Origin: Vicugna vicugna
Lineage: Eukaryota
Reading direction: 5' to 3'
NCBI GenBank assembly: GCA_013265495.1
Contig: MU057999.1
Coordinates: 62,001 to 126,000 of the forward strand
Length of the DNA stretch: 64,000 nt
Below are positions 39,231 through 51,689 of this stretch, in pieces. The first letter of the stretch is position 1, and each line of letters begins with the position of its first letter. The notes under the pieces are model-generated. The model searched no databases and had not been told where the DNA came from. It saw nothing but the letters and a program-made list of their open reading frames with translations. The translations under genes were made by a program, and so were the position numbers.

Positions 39231-42204
39231 AGAAGAGCTGCTTCGGTAGTGATAGGTGAGGCTATGCGCTGCAAGAGAGGCGCGCAGGGAGCGCTGGTCT
39301 GCTCCACGGCTGTGCGGACAGGGGCGCCCAGCCCAGAGCGGGTGTGTCCAAGACGCCCAAGGCCAGGCTTGCTGTCGGGAAGCAAGAGCCTGAGAAATCA
39401 AGGGCCGGAGAGTAAGTAAGTGCTCCTTTTGAGAGTTCTAGTTCTCGATTTTGCTGATTCTTATTATTTTACTAAATTTGCAGTTCTTAGAACATTGTAG
39501 TTGGCTTGGCTGGCAAAATTATTTTTTGTGGGCCATTTAACAGTCATCAAAGATCGTAAAAATGTTGACTGGCTTATTAAGTCTTCACACGGCACTTTGC
39601 ATAGTGCACCAGTGCCACAAAAATCCTCATGAAATTTCACGTAGTGAAGTGTCCAGGAGGGAAAACTCTCTGGGGATGGTTTAACTGTTATCATTAACTT
39701 TCAGAATGTCGGATTACATGTCAGAAACTGCCTTTATTAAAAATGTGTATTTAAAAAAAATGATCAATGGGCCCCCCCCGTTAAATCCCAGTCTCCTGAG
39801 TTGTTCTTTGGCTATTCTGCATTCCAAATTGATTCAAGATCTCTCAACACTCTCTATTTTTCCTTCTGCCAGCCCTGAATGAGTCCAAATCCACCCTGGA
39901 CCAGGCTGTGACACTGGTGAAAGGAAAGAGCAGTTACAATCACCCCCGGAAGGCCAGCTTCCCCGACTCAGGGAGGGAGGCAGCAGCCGGCTGTCCGTCC
40001 TGGAGGAAGGGTGTGGTGATGGTAGGACCTGCTGCGGAGATGCGGAGACAGGTTTTTGTGTCAGAGGCAGACGGAATGCGGGCTTTCCAAGAACTTGTGC
40101 CTGGGACTCCCGGCAGTGGGTAGCCGTAGCCAGCTCATTCTGGTGAAGACAGAGCCTTCTAGAAGTTAGATCATCAGGCTCTTTTCTTGAAAATAAGAGG
40201 ACAGTGATAGGGGAGTGGGAGGAAAAGATCAGGAGCCTTTGGCAGAACTGGGGGGCTCGGCTTTCTTCAGCCCACTCCACCCCTCCTCCCTGGAGCGGAT
40301 TCAGAAGTTCCACCCACGAGAATAAGGAAGAGCACCCTCTCCCTATCTCCCATGCATTCCAGCAAAGGCCCCAGACCCAGTTCCCTCCAGTGGCTCCAGA
40401 GGCTCACCACCCACCTCCTCCGACCTGCCCACCGTGTCAGATCCTGTGGTAAGGTCAGAGAAATGCCTGCCCGGTCCAGCCACCACAGGCTCAGGGCCGC
40501 CTGCCTGTCTGGAGGGGCCTGGGAAAGGGCAGACGGCAGTGTGATTGTTAGCTGGCTGTCAGTCTATGTCTCATCTTTCCCGAGGCCCACTTCTGGAAGG
40601 CTCGAGTTTATCAGAACACATTCTTCTTCCACAAGACACCAGAGGTCTGGCTGTGCCAGTTTTCACAGGGCTGTGAGAGGCTAACCAGAAACAGGCCGGG
40701 ACGCCCCCCACCCCCAGCTACCCCTGCGCCATCCCAGCTACACGCGAGTCAACCCTCTGACTCATCCCACTCTTTAAATAAGAATTCTGGCTCGAATTTC
40801 TGGACAGGTTTGGAAGGGCAGGGACACAGTGGCAGGAAGGTCTATCTCCCTGGAATGGAGCCCACGGGGGTGGGGCAGATCTAGGCAGACCAAGGTCTGG
40901 CCACTCCATTGTTCAAGGACCCATGCTCCAGGCTGAGGCGGGTGGGAGGCTGTCAAGGGTTCAATAAGAGGTCTCTTCACAAAGATCTAACAGAGGCCAA
41001 GAGAGGGCCCTGGAAGGGTCGAGCAACATAAGAAGGCCATGGCAAGTGGCTTTGACAACTCCTTCCTGTCACTCTGGTAGAAGAGAGAATTCTGCCAGGA
41101 AGCAGAAGGGCAGCCTCGAGTTCTCCTCCAAGTCATGGTTCTCGAGAGCCACCCACTACCTCTCTGCTCTGAAGGGGGCACGATTTGTGAATGAGCAGAG
41201 CCAAAGGAGGAGGAGGTTAGCAAGACCCAAACCTCAGACGCGATCCGTAAAAGAACAATAGGGAAAGGCAGTGGTCTTCCGGAGGGTTTTCTGGAAGTGT
41301 GGCCAAGGGGCCAAGGCTATCAGCAAACTCCTGGAACTTCATTCAGAATTTCCTCTCTGAAGGACCTATTTCCTCACCCTCCTAAATTCTGCTCTTCCAC
41401 AGTTCTTCCTGAAACCCTGGCAACACCCACGGCAGGTCTGGAACAGCCTGTCTCGAACTCACTCATGATTGAGATCTCGAAGTCATTTATAAAGTGGATT
41501 GTTTGTACATCAGAAGTGATGGAGTTTCCCATGGAGTCCACAGAGCCTTGTTAGTTCACAATGCCCCCGTGATCACGTGTGTTGTCTTCCCATGAGGTTA
41601 AGCCTCCACGTATACAATGACTTCAATGCGCATATGCGTTTGGAGTTTCATTTTTGGGCAACTAGGAGAACATATTCTTCTGCACCAGCAGAAACTAACA
41701 GAGTTGGGGTTGACAGCCTGAGTCACATGGTGAAGCAATGGAAGGACCAATTCAAATTTTGGTTCTACTGCTCACTGGTCAGGGAATGCTCAGAGCCTCG
41801 ATCTCTTCACCTCCAAAACAGATACAGATATGAATACCTGCCTTGCAATATTCTTATTCAGATTGAAACTAATGACAATATTATAACCTGGATCATCGCA
41901 ATCCTACAATAAGATCAATTTTTATTCAAAGAGGCCAGAAACTCAGGGAAATTTAAATGGATAAGGGAGATGGCAGAATCCTAGAGACAGGCAATATTGC
42001 CCAGGTTTTTAAGAACTTGGGGACTGTATCCAGAAACAAGAGACAAGTAGGATCAACGCTGGCCACCAGCAATGGATGGATGTAATAAAGGAGTGACAGT
42101 GCAAGTGGGCTGCTTGCAAGGCTTCACATTCATGAAGGAAAAGAGCGAGCTCAAGGGAGTGGAAGAAGAGGGTTCCTCGGCTCTGCTCTCAAGACTGAGT
42201 TTCC

Positions 42205-42687
42205 CAACCCAAATGTCCATCAACAGGTGACTGGATAGAGAAGATGTGGTGTATATATACAATGGAATATTACTCAGCCATAAAAAGAATAAAATAATGC
42301 CATTTGCAGCAACATGAATGGATCTGGAGACTGTCATTCCAAGTGCAGTAAGCCAGAAACAGAAGGAAAAATACCATGTGATATTGCTTATATGTGGAAT
42401 CTAAAAAAAAGGACACAAATGAACTTATTTACAAAACAGAAACAGACTCATAGACATAGAGGACAAACTTACGGTTACCAGGGGTTAAAGGGGGTGGGAA
42501 GGGATAAATTGGGAGTTTGAAAATTGCACTTCTTGGGGAATGATGGAAACGTTAGCTATCTTGAGTGTGGTGGTGATTTCATGGGTGTACACATCTATGA
42601 AAATTCATCAAATTGTACATCTGAAATACGTGTAGTTTACTGTACAGGAATTATATCACAATAAACGTAAAATAGGTGTTTTAAAAA
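42205..42687 (+). mobile_element. Chimeric L1 3' insertion with imperfect TSD
   Basis: Lineage L1 ORF2 end/3' UTR to about 42528, then an L1MC/ME-type terminus; TSD aagactgagtttcc / aagagcgagtttcc. Confidence 0.75.
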
Positions 42688-43080
42688 AAGAGCGAGTTTC
42701 CAAGACTAGTTCCGAGGCTGAGGCTGGACGCTCCCTCCCACATGGCCACTCTGGCACTAGAGGGACCGTGGGAAATGCCTATCTGTATTGATGAGGCCAT
42801 GTGACCAGTGAGCTAGGTGCGAGAGGGCAGGTCCACTGTGCGGTACAACAGGCTGGGTGTCGTATCGCTGGCAAGGGGCTTGCCCCACCCCCCACCCCCA
42901 GCCCTGCACACGCGCCCATGCCTGAGGAATTGCCACCAAGCTGAGGAAAGAGGCATCATCTGGCTTGACTTATCATCAAAACTGTTTCTTAGTGGACAGG
43001 AGAGAAAGAAGACATACCTGAGGGAGCAGGATGGCAGCTCAGAGATACTTAATTTTCATGTTCAAAGAGATGTGCGCTTT

Positions 43081-43170
43081 GGGGGAAGGTATAGCTCAGT
43101 GGTAGAGCATGTGCTTAGCATGGACGAGGTCCTGGGTTCAATCCCCAGTACCTCCACGAAAAAAAAAAAA
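43081..43170 (+). mobile_element. vic-1-type SINE (tRNA-Ala-AGC derived)
   Basis: A box tagctcagtgg, B box ggttcaatcc, poly-A tail, TSD agagatgtgcgctt / agagacgtgagctt. Confidence 0.9.
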
Positions 43171-43279
43171 GAGAGAGACGTGAGCTTAATTTGCACCCCC
43201 AATTGGGAGTGAAGCAGAACTTACTTTTCACAAATTTAGTAATAGGCTGATGAGCAACAAGTTGAAGGCGGAAAAAAAG

Positions 43280-43460
43280 GGGACTAGCTGAGCCAACATG
43301 AGTTCATCTAGAGCCAGTCAAGCCGAACCAGCCTCATTTCCTTTGTTAACGGGGCTCCCAGACCAGCAGGAAGCTGTAACACAGTGTTACTCTACTGGAG
43401 GAAGCCTTTTGACAAAGCCTGTCGAGATATTCTGACAGATACTCAGACAAGATGCAGACA
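43280..43460 (+). mobile_element. CR1/L3 LINE reverse transcriptase fossil
   Basis: Translates to QHEFI*SQSSRTSLISFV ... KPFDKACRDIL, matching CR1 RT motifs QHGF...SCLTNLISF and KAFD.V.H.IL. Confidence 0.6.
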
Positions 43461-43737
43461 CGTGGCTGGAGAGGCCTCTGGGGACAACCAGCTCAAAGCG
43501 TGCCCAGGGCCCATGTGACCTGGAAGATGGTGGCCCTGGCAGAACACCACGCAACACCGCTGTCCCAGGCTTGGGGGAAAGCTGAGAACAGCTGACAACT
43601 TTGTGAATGACATGAATGACACGAAGCCGGCCGGGAGCGATGGCTCAGGAAACAGTCCACAGGCTGAAAATCAAAATCAGACCCAAGGCTACAAGGAGGG
43701 GCTCCAACCAAAGGGAATGAATCTGATGGAGTCAGCT

Positions 43738-43990
43738 GGGGTTGCTGGACCAAAGAATCACAGCCTGAGCAGCTTACGAACAACAGAGTAAGTCCTCACG
43801 GTTCTGGAGGCTGGAAGCCCAAGCTCAGGGAGCCAGCCCTGGTGGGGGCGGACTGCCGGCTTCCAGTTACATCCTCACTGGCCAGCCCTCCGGCCTCTTC
43901 TACGAGGGCGCTAATCCCCCCTCGGAGCTCCGCTTCCGCGAGCGCCCCACCTCCAAATACCTGACTGCTCCCTGCAATTTCCCCGCTATG
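43738..43990 (-). mobile_element. MaLR LTR (MLT1A-like)
   Basis: acaacaga...ctcacggttctggaggctggaag.ccaag, gagggcgctaatccc, gccccacctccaaatacc. Confidence 0.65.
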
Positions 43991-45104
43991 AGATCTCGGA
44001 GCCACACATCCTCTGATGGTGGCCAATCCAAGGACTGAGCCCTGAAAAGTCCTTTTGTTCCTGAGAGAAAAAAACTACTCCTGCTGGTTTCCTGCCTCCG
44101 GGTGGGCAGCTCACGCCCCAAATGTGCCTGGCGGTTCCCACGTCAAGCCTTTGGGCCACAGGAGGTGTCTGAGCATATCTGGCAGCTTCGGCTCTACCAA
44201 GCACGGCAAGAAGAGTGGAGAGTACCTCCCTGTGTCCTCTGGGATCCTTGGGGAGCCCAAGGCCTCTTGCAGGAGGGATCAATGGTTTCTTCAAACCCCA
44301 TTCCCCAGCAGGACAGGGGCTGGCATCCTGTTTCTGTGGCGCCATCCGCCACGCCCTGATGGTTTTCCTGGGGTGCCCAGAGACACTCGGATAGGAACCT
44401 GCCTTCCTTTTTCACCCTGGGTGCTGCCTCTGCCAAGGAGACCTTTCCCCTGGCCTTGGGTGGGCCTGAGACACACAGTCTGCCAAGGGTCCCCAAGACA
44501 CACACTCCCCGGGGGGGCAGGATGCCGTTGGCGCCTAGGCTTCCCCCTCCACCAACCAGACCTGAAGCAGTCCTGCCCCTCAGCCTCAATCCTGAGCAGG
44601 GAAATGAGTAAACCAGCCTCCAGGAGAAGGGGAGTCACGCTCAGGTCCAGGTCCTTACTGGGGCCTGAGCTGGAGACCCAGCAGAACAAGGGGATCTTGT
44701 TTCCAGGCCAGCTAGGGTAGAGGGGCAGAGTGGGACTCTCCCACAAGACAGATGTTATGAGAGCCGGACAGAGGCAACCCCCGCCAGGCCAGGTGCTGGG
44801 GCCATGGCCACAGAGATGCCCAGTCTCCCGTGGCCCTGGCTCCTTCCCTGACTGCCCCTGATGTGCCACACAGCAGCCTGGGTTTCCTGTCACTTCTTCA
44901 CACGCATTTCTGCTCTTTCCTGTGTTGCGCATTGGAAACATGTTCCACACCAAGTCTCCGTAGGCTTTGTTGTGCTCATCTGTTTGAGGCTATTTTTCTC
45001 TCAGCTGCCTTAATAACACCCATGTGTTTGGTTATTTTTTTTCCCCCCTCTTATTGTTTTCTCTTCCTTTTCAGGTTAAGCAGATCCAACTGGCTGGGCC
45101 TTGC

Positions 45105-45420
45105 AACTCCCCCGTCCCCCACCCAGACCGCCCACCCCCTCTCCCGCCCAACACTTACACACTTATCCCCACACACCCCCACCCTCACACTCCCACCCCA
45201 AACCCTGCCACGCTTCCCTTTCACGGTTCCCCCTGCCACTGTCTCCACCCTCACACGTCCATGCAGACCTTCGCATACATCTACCTCCACACGTCAACTC
45301 GGACCTCACACACGTCCTCATCCCTACCCTCTCCACCTCCACGTACATCCATCTCCCATCCTCTCCCTGCCACCTCCTCACACTCAACCCCTACACACAG
45401 CCCCCACAAACACACACCTT
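45105..45420. repeat. C/A-rich low-complexity tract
   Basis: Dense cac/ccc/acac units; accounts for the Pro/His/Thr-rich spurious ORFs. Confidence 0.75.
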
Positions 45421-48400
45421 TCCCTGCGCATGACGTGTCTTTTCCTTCCCCCATGGCTTCAGGGGCACCCCTCTCCCACCAGAGCCGGGTGTTCACCACT
45501 GAACCGCCCTGAGCTTGTGATCCGGGAGCAGTTCCCTCAGGGGAAGGAAGCTGGTTCGGTGGAGTGGGTTCTGCTCCAGCCCTGAGTGTCCTCCACCGAG
45601 GAAGGGATGCAGGTGTCCCTTCCCCATGCCTTCCTACCTGCTCCTGCTGGTGAATGAGCGTGGGTGAGGGGCTGGCAACCTTAATGATAAAGGAGTGGAA
45701 AGGACTCTTCCCTTTCTTTTCTGGGCTGCTCCAAAAATACCGCTGACTTGCCTGCCCTGCTTCTACAGGAAGCCCCCTCCTGTGCGCATCCATTGTCTGC
45801 GTGGCGCCCGCTTCCCTCTGGACTTGGTTCAAGAGCTCTCCCAAGTTACACCTAGTCCTACCAGACACCGGTTTCCGAAGAACCTCCTCTTATCTCCCAG
45901 GAGAACTGGCCTCGTGTTGGCCTGCTTCCCACCCACTCAAACCTCCCTGAGCCTTCCAGAAGCGGTCTTAGAGTCTTTGGCTGGATCTTTGGTCTAAAGG
46001 CGCCAGGCACATTTCTGGACCCACTGACATTTGGAAAAGGTAAACATTCATAAATGTCTGCGTGGCCTTTTTAAAATTAGCAATTAGTTGTGAAAGGTCT
46101 CCGTGATTCCCACAACGATCAGCCCCTGTTTAATTTTGTTTCCTAAAACACAGAGATACTCTTCATTTCCCACGTTCATTTCTGGAGCGGCTTGGCTCCA
46201 AGGGGAAAAACTCAGCAGTCAACATGTGATGATAGGTTTGGGGGTCAGGACTTACGAGTGAGAGATTTCAAATACCGCATCAGGACGGGCAAAGAGGAGT
46301 GTGAACAGCGGGCATGGGCTAAGCACTTTACTTCCACGATTTTGTTTTATTTTTGCCCTCAGTGTGTTTTTGAACACGCTGAAAGTGGAGGTGTTATTGT
46401 TCCTATTTTACAGATAAAGAAACTGAGGTCCAGAAAGGTGAAGCAGCAGCTTGCCTAAGGAGATTTGGCAAGTAAATGGCTGAGCTGGGATGTGAATGTT
46501 GAAGTTCACGCTCTCTCTATCCATCATACCCGGCAGCTCCAACCTGGAGGTCTGGGAGTAGACTAGAACAGCAGCCTAAGTTTCATCTGAGAGGAATCCT
46601 GTGGTCTCACAGGTGAGGATGCAGCAAGGGCTACGCCGAGGGAGGGGCGCTGTTCCCTGCTGGAGGCACAGTGAGGACCAGGGAGAAGCCGCCTTCAGAT
46701 GTCCCCAGGACACCCCACCTATAGGCCATGAGCTGTCACACTCTCCATAGGAAGCAGGCACTTCCTCATCTGGGACCCTAGTTTACCTGGCATAATACCT
46801 GTATTGTCCCCATCACCACTGGTTGTAAAAGCCACGACTTAATGGTTCCTGCACATGCCAGCCACTTGGCTAAATTCCGAGCACGCAGCCTCTCAGCCCG
46901 TGCAACCTTGTGAGGGAGGGTCCATTTCATACAGGGAGGTACTGAGACTCAGGTGTGGAGGCAGCAGCCAAGGTCGTGCCATTAGGGGCTCTCAGAGCCC
47001 AGCGTCAGACCCAGGATCACCTGACTCCAGAAGACCTTTCATGACACCACTCAAGGTGGCGCATGTAATGAAAATCGTTTGTTGCCGATGACCTTGCATA
47101 ATTCAAAACTAAAGTCCCCATAGGAATACATCTGAAGTAAGAGTCGCATTTCAAACTTTTCCCAGAAAGTGAGACTTTACGAATATTTTAATTTGCACCT
47201 ATCAGCCTAGCACATGCGCACGCTGCACTGGCACCCGCTAGATCCCACTGATGTGGCTCCTGGGTCCAAGTCCTCCTCGTCCCACCCCCGGCACCAGGAA
47301 GATGTCCTGAAGGGAGCTCAGCCCTCAGCACGTCCAGCTGCTCCTCTGGTCCCAGCCAGCAAGAGGAAGACTGTGTCTTATTGTTGCAAGAAAAAACAAC
47401 GAAGCTCATTTTCCTGGCCCACGATTCCTCCCTGCAGGCTGAGGGGCAAGCTGTGGTCCCTCTCATAGTCCCCCTTTTAGCTCTCAGAGGAAGTGGGCTG
47501 AGAGCACTGAGGCAGAGTATTTCCCTCGGAGCAGAGAGGATGAGGATGGAAATGACCCAAGTTGCCCAACTATCCCTAACAAGGAGCAGAGTGATGGCTC
47601 CCAGAGGCCCGTTCATCTCCAACCACCCTCTGTGGTGGCTGCTTTGTGCGAAGCAAATGATGTTGGTTTATGGTCCAGGTTTGGGGAGCCAACCCTCCAG
47701 GCTAAGCAGGCCACAGTGTGTGGTGCCTGGTTGGATGCCCTCCCCGCAGCCTGGCCCCAATGCCCCAGGCTCCCTTGCAGATTTCATTAGCCCAGTCTTC
47801 ATGCTGACGGAGAAGGGCAGGGACCATGGGTTTGGAGCAAACTTGGCACACGGCTCTCTGAGGGTGGCCAGTACCTCTTGATTCTCCTTCAGAGCTGGCC
47901 TCAGACTCCCTGTCTAGATGGAGGTGGGGGAAGAGCATGTCAGGACCCCTTGGCTTGGGTCTATCTTTCTCTCGGGCCTCCTTGAGGCAAGACTCGGTCC
48001 TTAAATAGTTCAAATAGACCCAAGGCCACAAGGCATTTAGGAGAAATGATTAGTTCACCGGTGATTTACATGGAGGTGGGGAAAAATTTGCATGACCAGA
48101 ACCCAGCAAACGTTTCCTCATTACACATCACTGTTCCTGCTCCATTCTTTTTTCATTCCAGCCACCTACATCCCCTCACTGAAGGTCTCACAACCTATGA
48201 CGGAATCCCTTCTAGTATTCTAAGTGATTCTTCTCTTGAAACTGATCTGCACATATGACTTAAAAAAAAAAAGCCTGGTATTTAAGCAAACGGGAATGTT
48301 ATTCAATACACCCTGGGTGGCCTATCCATCCTCAGATACCTTCTACTACAAAACAGTGGGCGATGGATGGGTGTTTAGCGTGTCACTTGCTCCTCCCCAC

Positions 48401-48559
48401 AAAACCACCGCCACTTCTTACATCCCTTAAAACAAGTGCAAATTTATCCCAAGCCAATATATTACCATAAAATTAGCTCCAAAGCAGTGGAGCTTCCCAG
48501 GGTGCCAAGTAAATGAAAGTCCAAAACCACTCTGTGGGGCTATTCTCCGCTCAGACCAC

Positions 48560-50360
48560 ACAAAATTTCCACAGAGGGAAAAAAATTCCACTGCCACAAT
48601 CAAACATTACAGAATGTACAAGGAAATAATCCACCACAAACAAGAGCAAGCAGACACAGAATGAGGGAAGATGAGCATTCTCAAAACTTGTGCTAATAGA
48701 ACAATCTGAAAAAGGCTTTAAAATAAATACATTTAAAATAATTGAAGAGACCAAAATAAAAATAAAATCATAAGGAAATACCAAGAAATCATGAAAATAG
48801 GGCTGACAGATTTGAAAAACTATCATAATAACTTTTAGAAATTAGCAAAACATGTAGAGACATTCATATGTACAGTGTAAAGTATGGGTTAGACATCAGT
48901 GAACAGAGCTGGAGAGAGACTATGTGAACAGAAAGACATAGCCGAGGAAATCACACACAGGAGCACAGGTGAATGCAGCACTGGAAGCTAAGAAAGAGGA
49001 GTTAACAGACAAGGAAGCCAGAAATGAAAATGTCCAGTACACATTAAAAAGGAGTTCCAGAGCAAAGAATGGAGAAAAGAGGAGTATGCAACATCGGGAG
49101 CAATTCTGGATAAGAATGTTTCAGAATTGAAGGAAAACCTTAATCTTTAAAAGAAACAGCACACTGAATTTCCAAATAGATAAGTAAAATTAACCCCTAC
49201 TCGGACACCTTATGGTGGACAGGCAGGACAACAAAGAGTGAAAACCTTAAAGGTACCTGGAGAGAAGAAGGGATGGCAGTTCGACTAACAAAGAAGCACC
49301 ATCAGGCGAAGCCGGAAAACAGGTGCATGGTACCTTCAAAGTGCTGGGAGGGAATAACTGTGTCTTTAAAATCCTCTTCATAGCTAAACTATAATTCAAG
49401 AGCCAGGGGAAATTAGGACATTTCCAGACAGAGATTTTCTCACTCATAGGCCCACCTGGAAGTAATGCTAAAGGATGGACTTCAGGAAAAAGGAAATGAA
49501 ATCAACAAGGGTGGGTGAAATGCAAGAAAGCAACGGTGAGCAAAGAAACCAGTAAACTTGTGCACAAACATAAATAGGCACTGACTTATTTATAAACAAC
49601 GACTATAATGATTATGACCACAGCGGGGAGGTTAAAGACAGGCAGACCTAAAATACTGGCCAAACAGCATGGAAGATGGGAGAGGATGGTGGGCATTCAG
49701 ACATCCTAGGATCCTTGTTTTGTTCTGCTGGGGAATAGAGATATTCACCAGCTTTAGAGCTTGTTAAATCAGACGTCAATGTTAAAATGGAAGAGTAATG
49801 GTGAGGCATACTGTGTTCATGGATTGGCAGATTCAACTTAATAAGCATGCCAGTTATCCCCAAATTGACCTATGAATTTAACGCAAGTCTAATCAAAATT
49901 CTGGAAGAATTTGTTAATAGACAGACAAGCTGATTATAAAATTTATATGGAATGACGAATGAATAAGAAAGATAAAACAATTTTGAAAAAGAAGAATAAA
50001 GTGAGGAATCACACTACTTAATTCTAAGACCTCACTGTAAAGCTGCAGTCATCCCACACAGGGTGGTAGTGGCAAAGGAACAGACACACAGACTAATGAA
50101 ACAGAAGAGAAGGTCTGGAAAGAGATCCATACAAATACGGCCAATTGATTTTTGGTAGCTATGCAAAAAATTGATGGAGAAAAGATAGTCTTTTTGACAA
50201 ATGATGCTAAAACAATTTAACTCCCATATGCTAAAAGAAGAAAAAGAATCTTATAAAAAAAAAACTAACTCAAAATGTAAATGCAAAACTATAAAACTTT
50301 TAGAAAAACACATATAGGGGAAAGGTATTCTGACTTGGGATTAAGCAAAGAGTTCTTAAA
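48560..50360 (+). mobile_element. Old L1 internal (ORF1/ORF2) remnants
   Basis: A-rich strand; 49808 onward translates ILCSWIGRFNLISMPVIPKLTYEFNASLIKI (L1 ORF2 IPCSWIGRINIVKM...). Confidence 0.75.
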
Positions 50361-50566
50361 TGTGCATTAAAAGCACAGGAGGAATGAGCAGGCATCTCAC
50401 AAACGTGGTGCAGATGCTTCTGTGACCATGGATGCAACTCTGGGCTATGCTTGCCTCTCCCATCAGAAAGTTTCCTTGGCTTTTCTCCCTAGAGAGTATC
50501 TGAAGGTCAGAACACACAGAATTATGAATCCTCATCCCCTTGAAGCAGGGATGCAAGGCCACTTAC

Positions 50567-50729
50567 CAACGCTGGTGAAGGTGTATTCGTAAGGCTCTGA
50601 GAGGAAGTGTGGGAGGGTGAGGATGAAGGCCCCCGAAGCTAGGAGGAGACCCCCAATGCCAATCAGCCGCGGACGGTGCACCCGGCTGCCAAAGTAGCTG
50701 ACAAAGATGATGAGGATGGCGTTGCTGAT
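50567..50729 (-). CDS. SLCO2A1: SLCO2A1 coding exon 3 (163 nt; [55 protein letters not shown])
   Basis: Read manually (absent from the ORF track); OATP motif [15 protein letters not shown] acceptor, GTAAGT donor. Confidence 0.97.
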
Positions 50730-51689
50730 CTGCGGAAAGAGCAGAGGAGCCCAGTGAGATCAGAGGCTCCGCCCTCGCCCCCCACTGAGGAGACTAGACT
50801 GTACCACACAGCACACCTGCAAGAGGCTGCCTGGTGTCACCTAAGGGCCAAAGCAGAGCTGCAGGGTTAGGCTTGCCCAGAAAGCCTCGAAGTGGACCAA
50901 GCATGCAGTTTCAGCTTTTCCCTGTTGTCAGAAACCCTCCCCAGCCTCAGCCTTCTAGATCAGAGCAAGGGAAGCATCTAGACCACGAGAGGCTCGTAGC
51001 CTCAATTTCAACCATCTTAGGACCAAACCTTTTGGGGCAAAATTCCAGAAAGCCTCCGATTCTGGCTGGCTCCTAGGAACACACATGTGCCCTAACGAAT
51101 TGCCTGAGGACTCTGACTTCATCGTCAGAATAACCCCCAAGCACCAGGCACTATCCCATTTCCTCATGCAGCAAGTCTCATTTTGCAGACGACACAACTG
51201 GAGCTCAGAATATGAAGGAACTTGCCATGTGCATGAGGTTAGGATTGCCGCCTGAGTTAAGGGGCCCTGTCTAACTGTCTCTTGGAGAAGTGTGTTTTGG
51301 CCCCACAGCTTTGCTACTAATCTGCCCTGGCCCTCCCTGGGCACTTCTGGCAGTGAGGGGTGAGGACTAAAGCACCCCTGCCCGGCTGGAAGCACCAGTA
51401 AGCACCGGTGCTCCCTGGAAGGTATGCTCTCTGAGCCCCATCCAGAGCCCAGCTTGGGGAGCAGGATGTTAAGTGGTAAAAGGGGTGCTGGCAGATCTTC
51501 TGACCATGACTACTGGTCAAAAAGAGATGATCCTCTGTCTCAGAATGCAAGTTCACCTGGACCCTGGATGTCAGCACCATAGCCCCGGCCCTGTCCACGC
51601 CAGTCTCCTTCCAGCTAGAAAAGCTGGTGCTCATGTCTCAGGTAACAGGGACCAGAATCTGGGTACGTGGTTCTTGCCAAGATCCCCAT

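Noticed and set aside
39484..39502. STAT motif (ttcttagaa) overlapping a steroid-receptor half site (agaaca)
   Set aside because: Short motifs expected by chance in 64 kb; the second half site is poor and there is no other support.
43081..43156. tRNA-Ala(AGC) gene (also 6260-6338 and 17108-17186)
   Set aside because: A-rich tails, a TSD on the 43081 copy, broken stems and multiple diverged copies indicate SINEs, not tRNA genes.
44830..45585. 251-aa Pro/His/Thr-rich ORF and overlapping ORFs
   Set aside because: Produced by a C/A-rich low-complexity tract that lacks stop codons.
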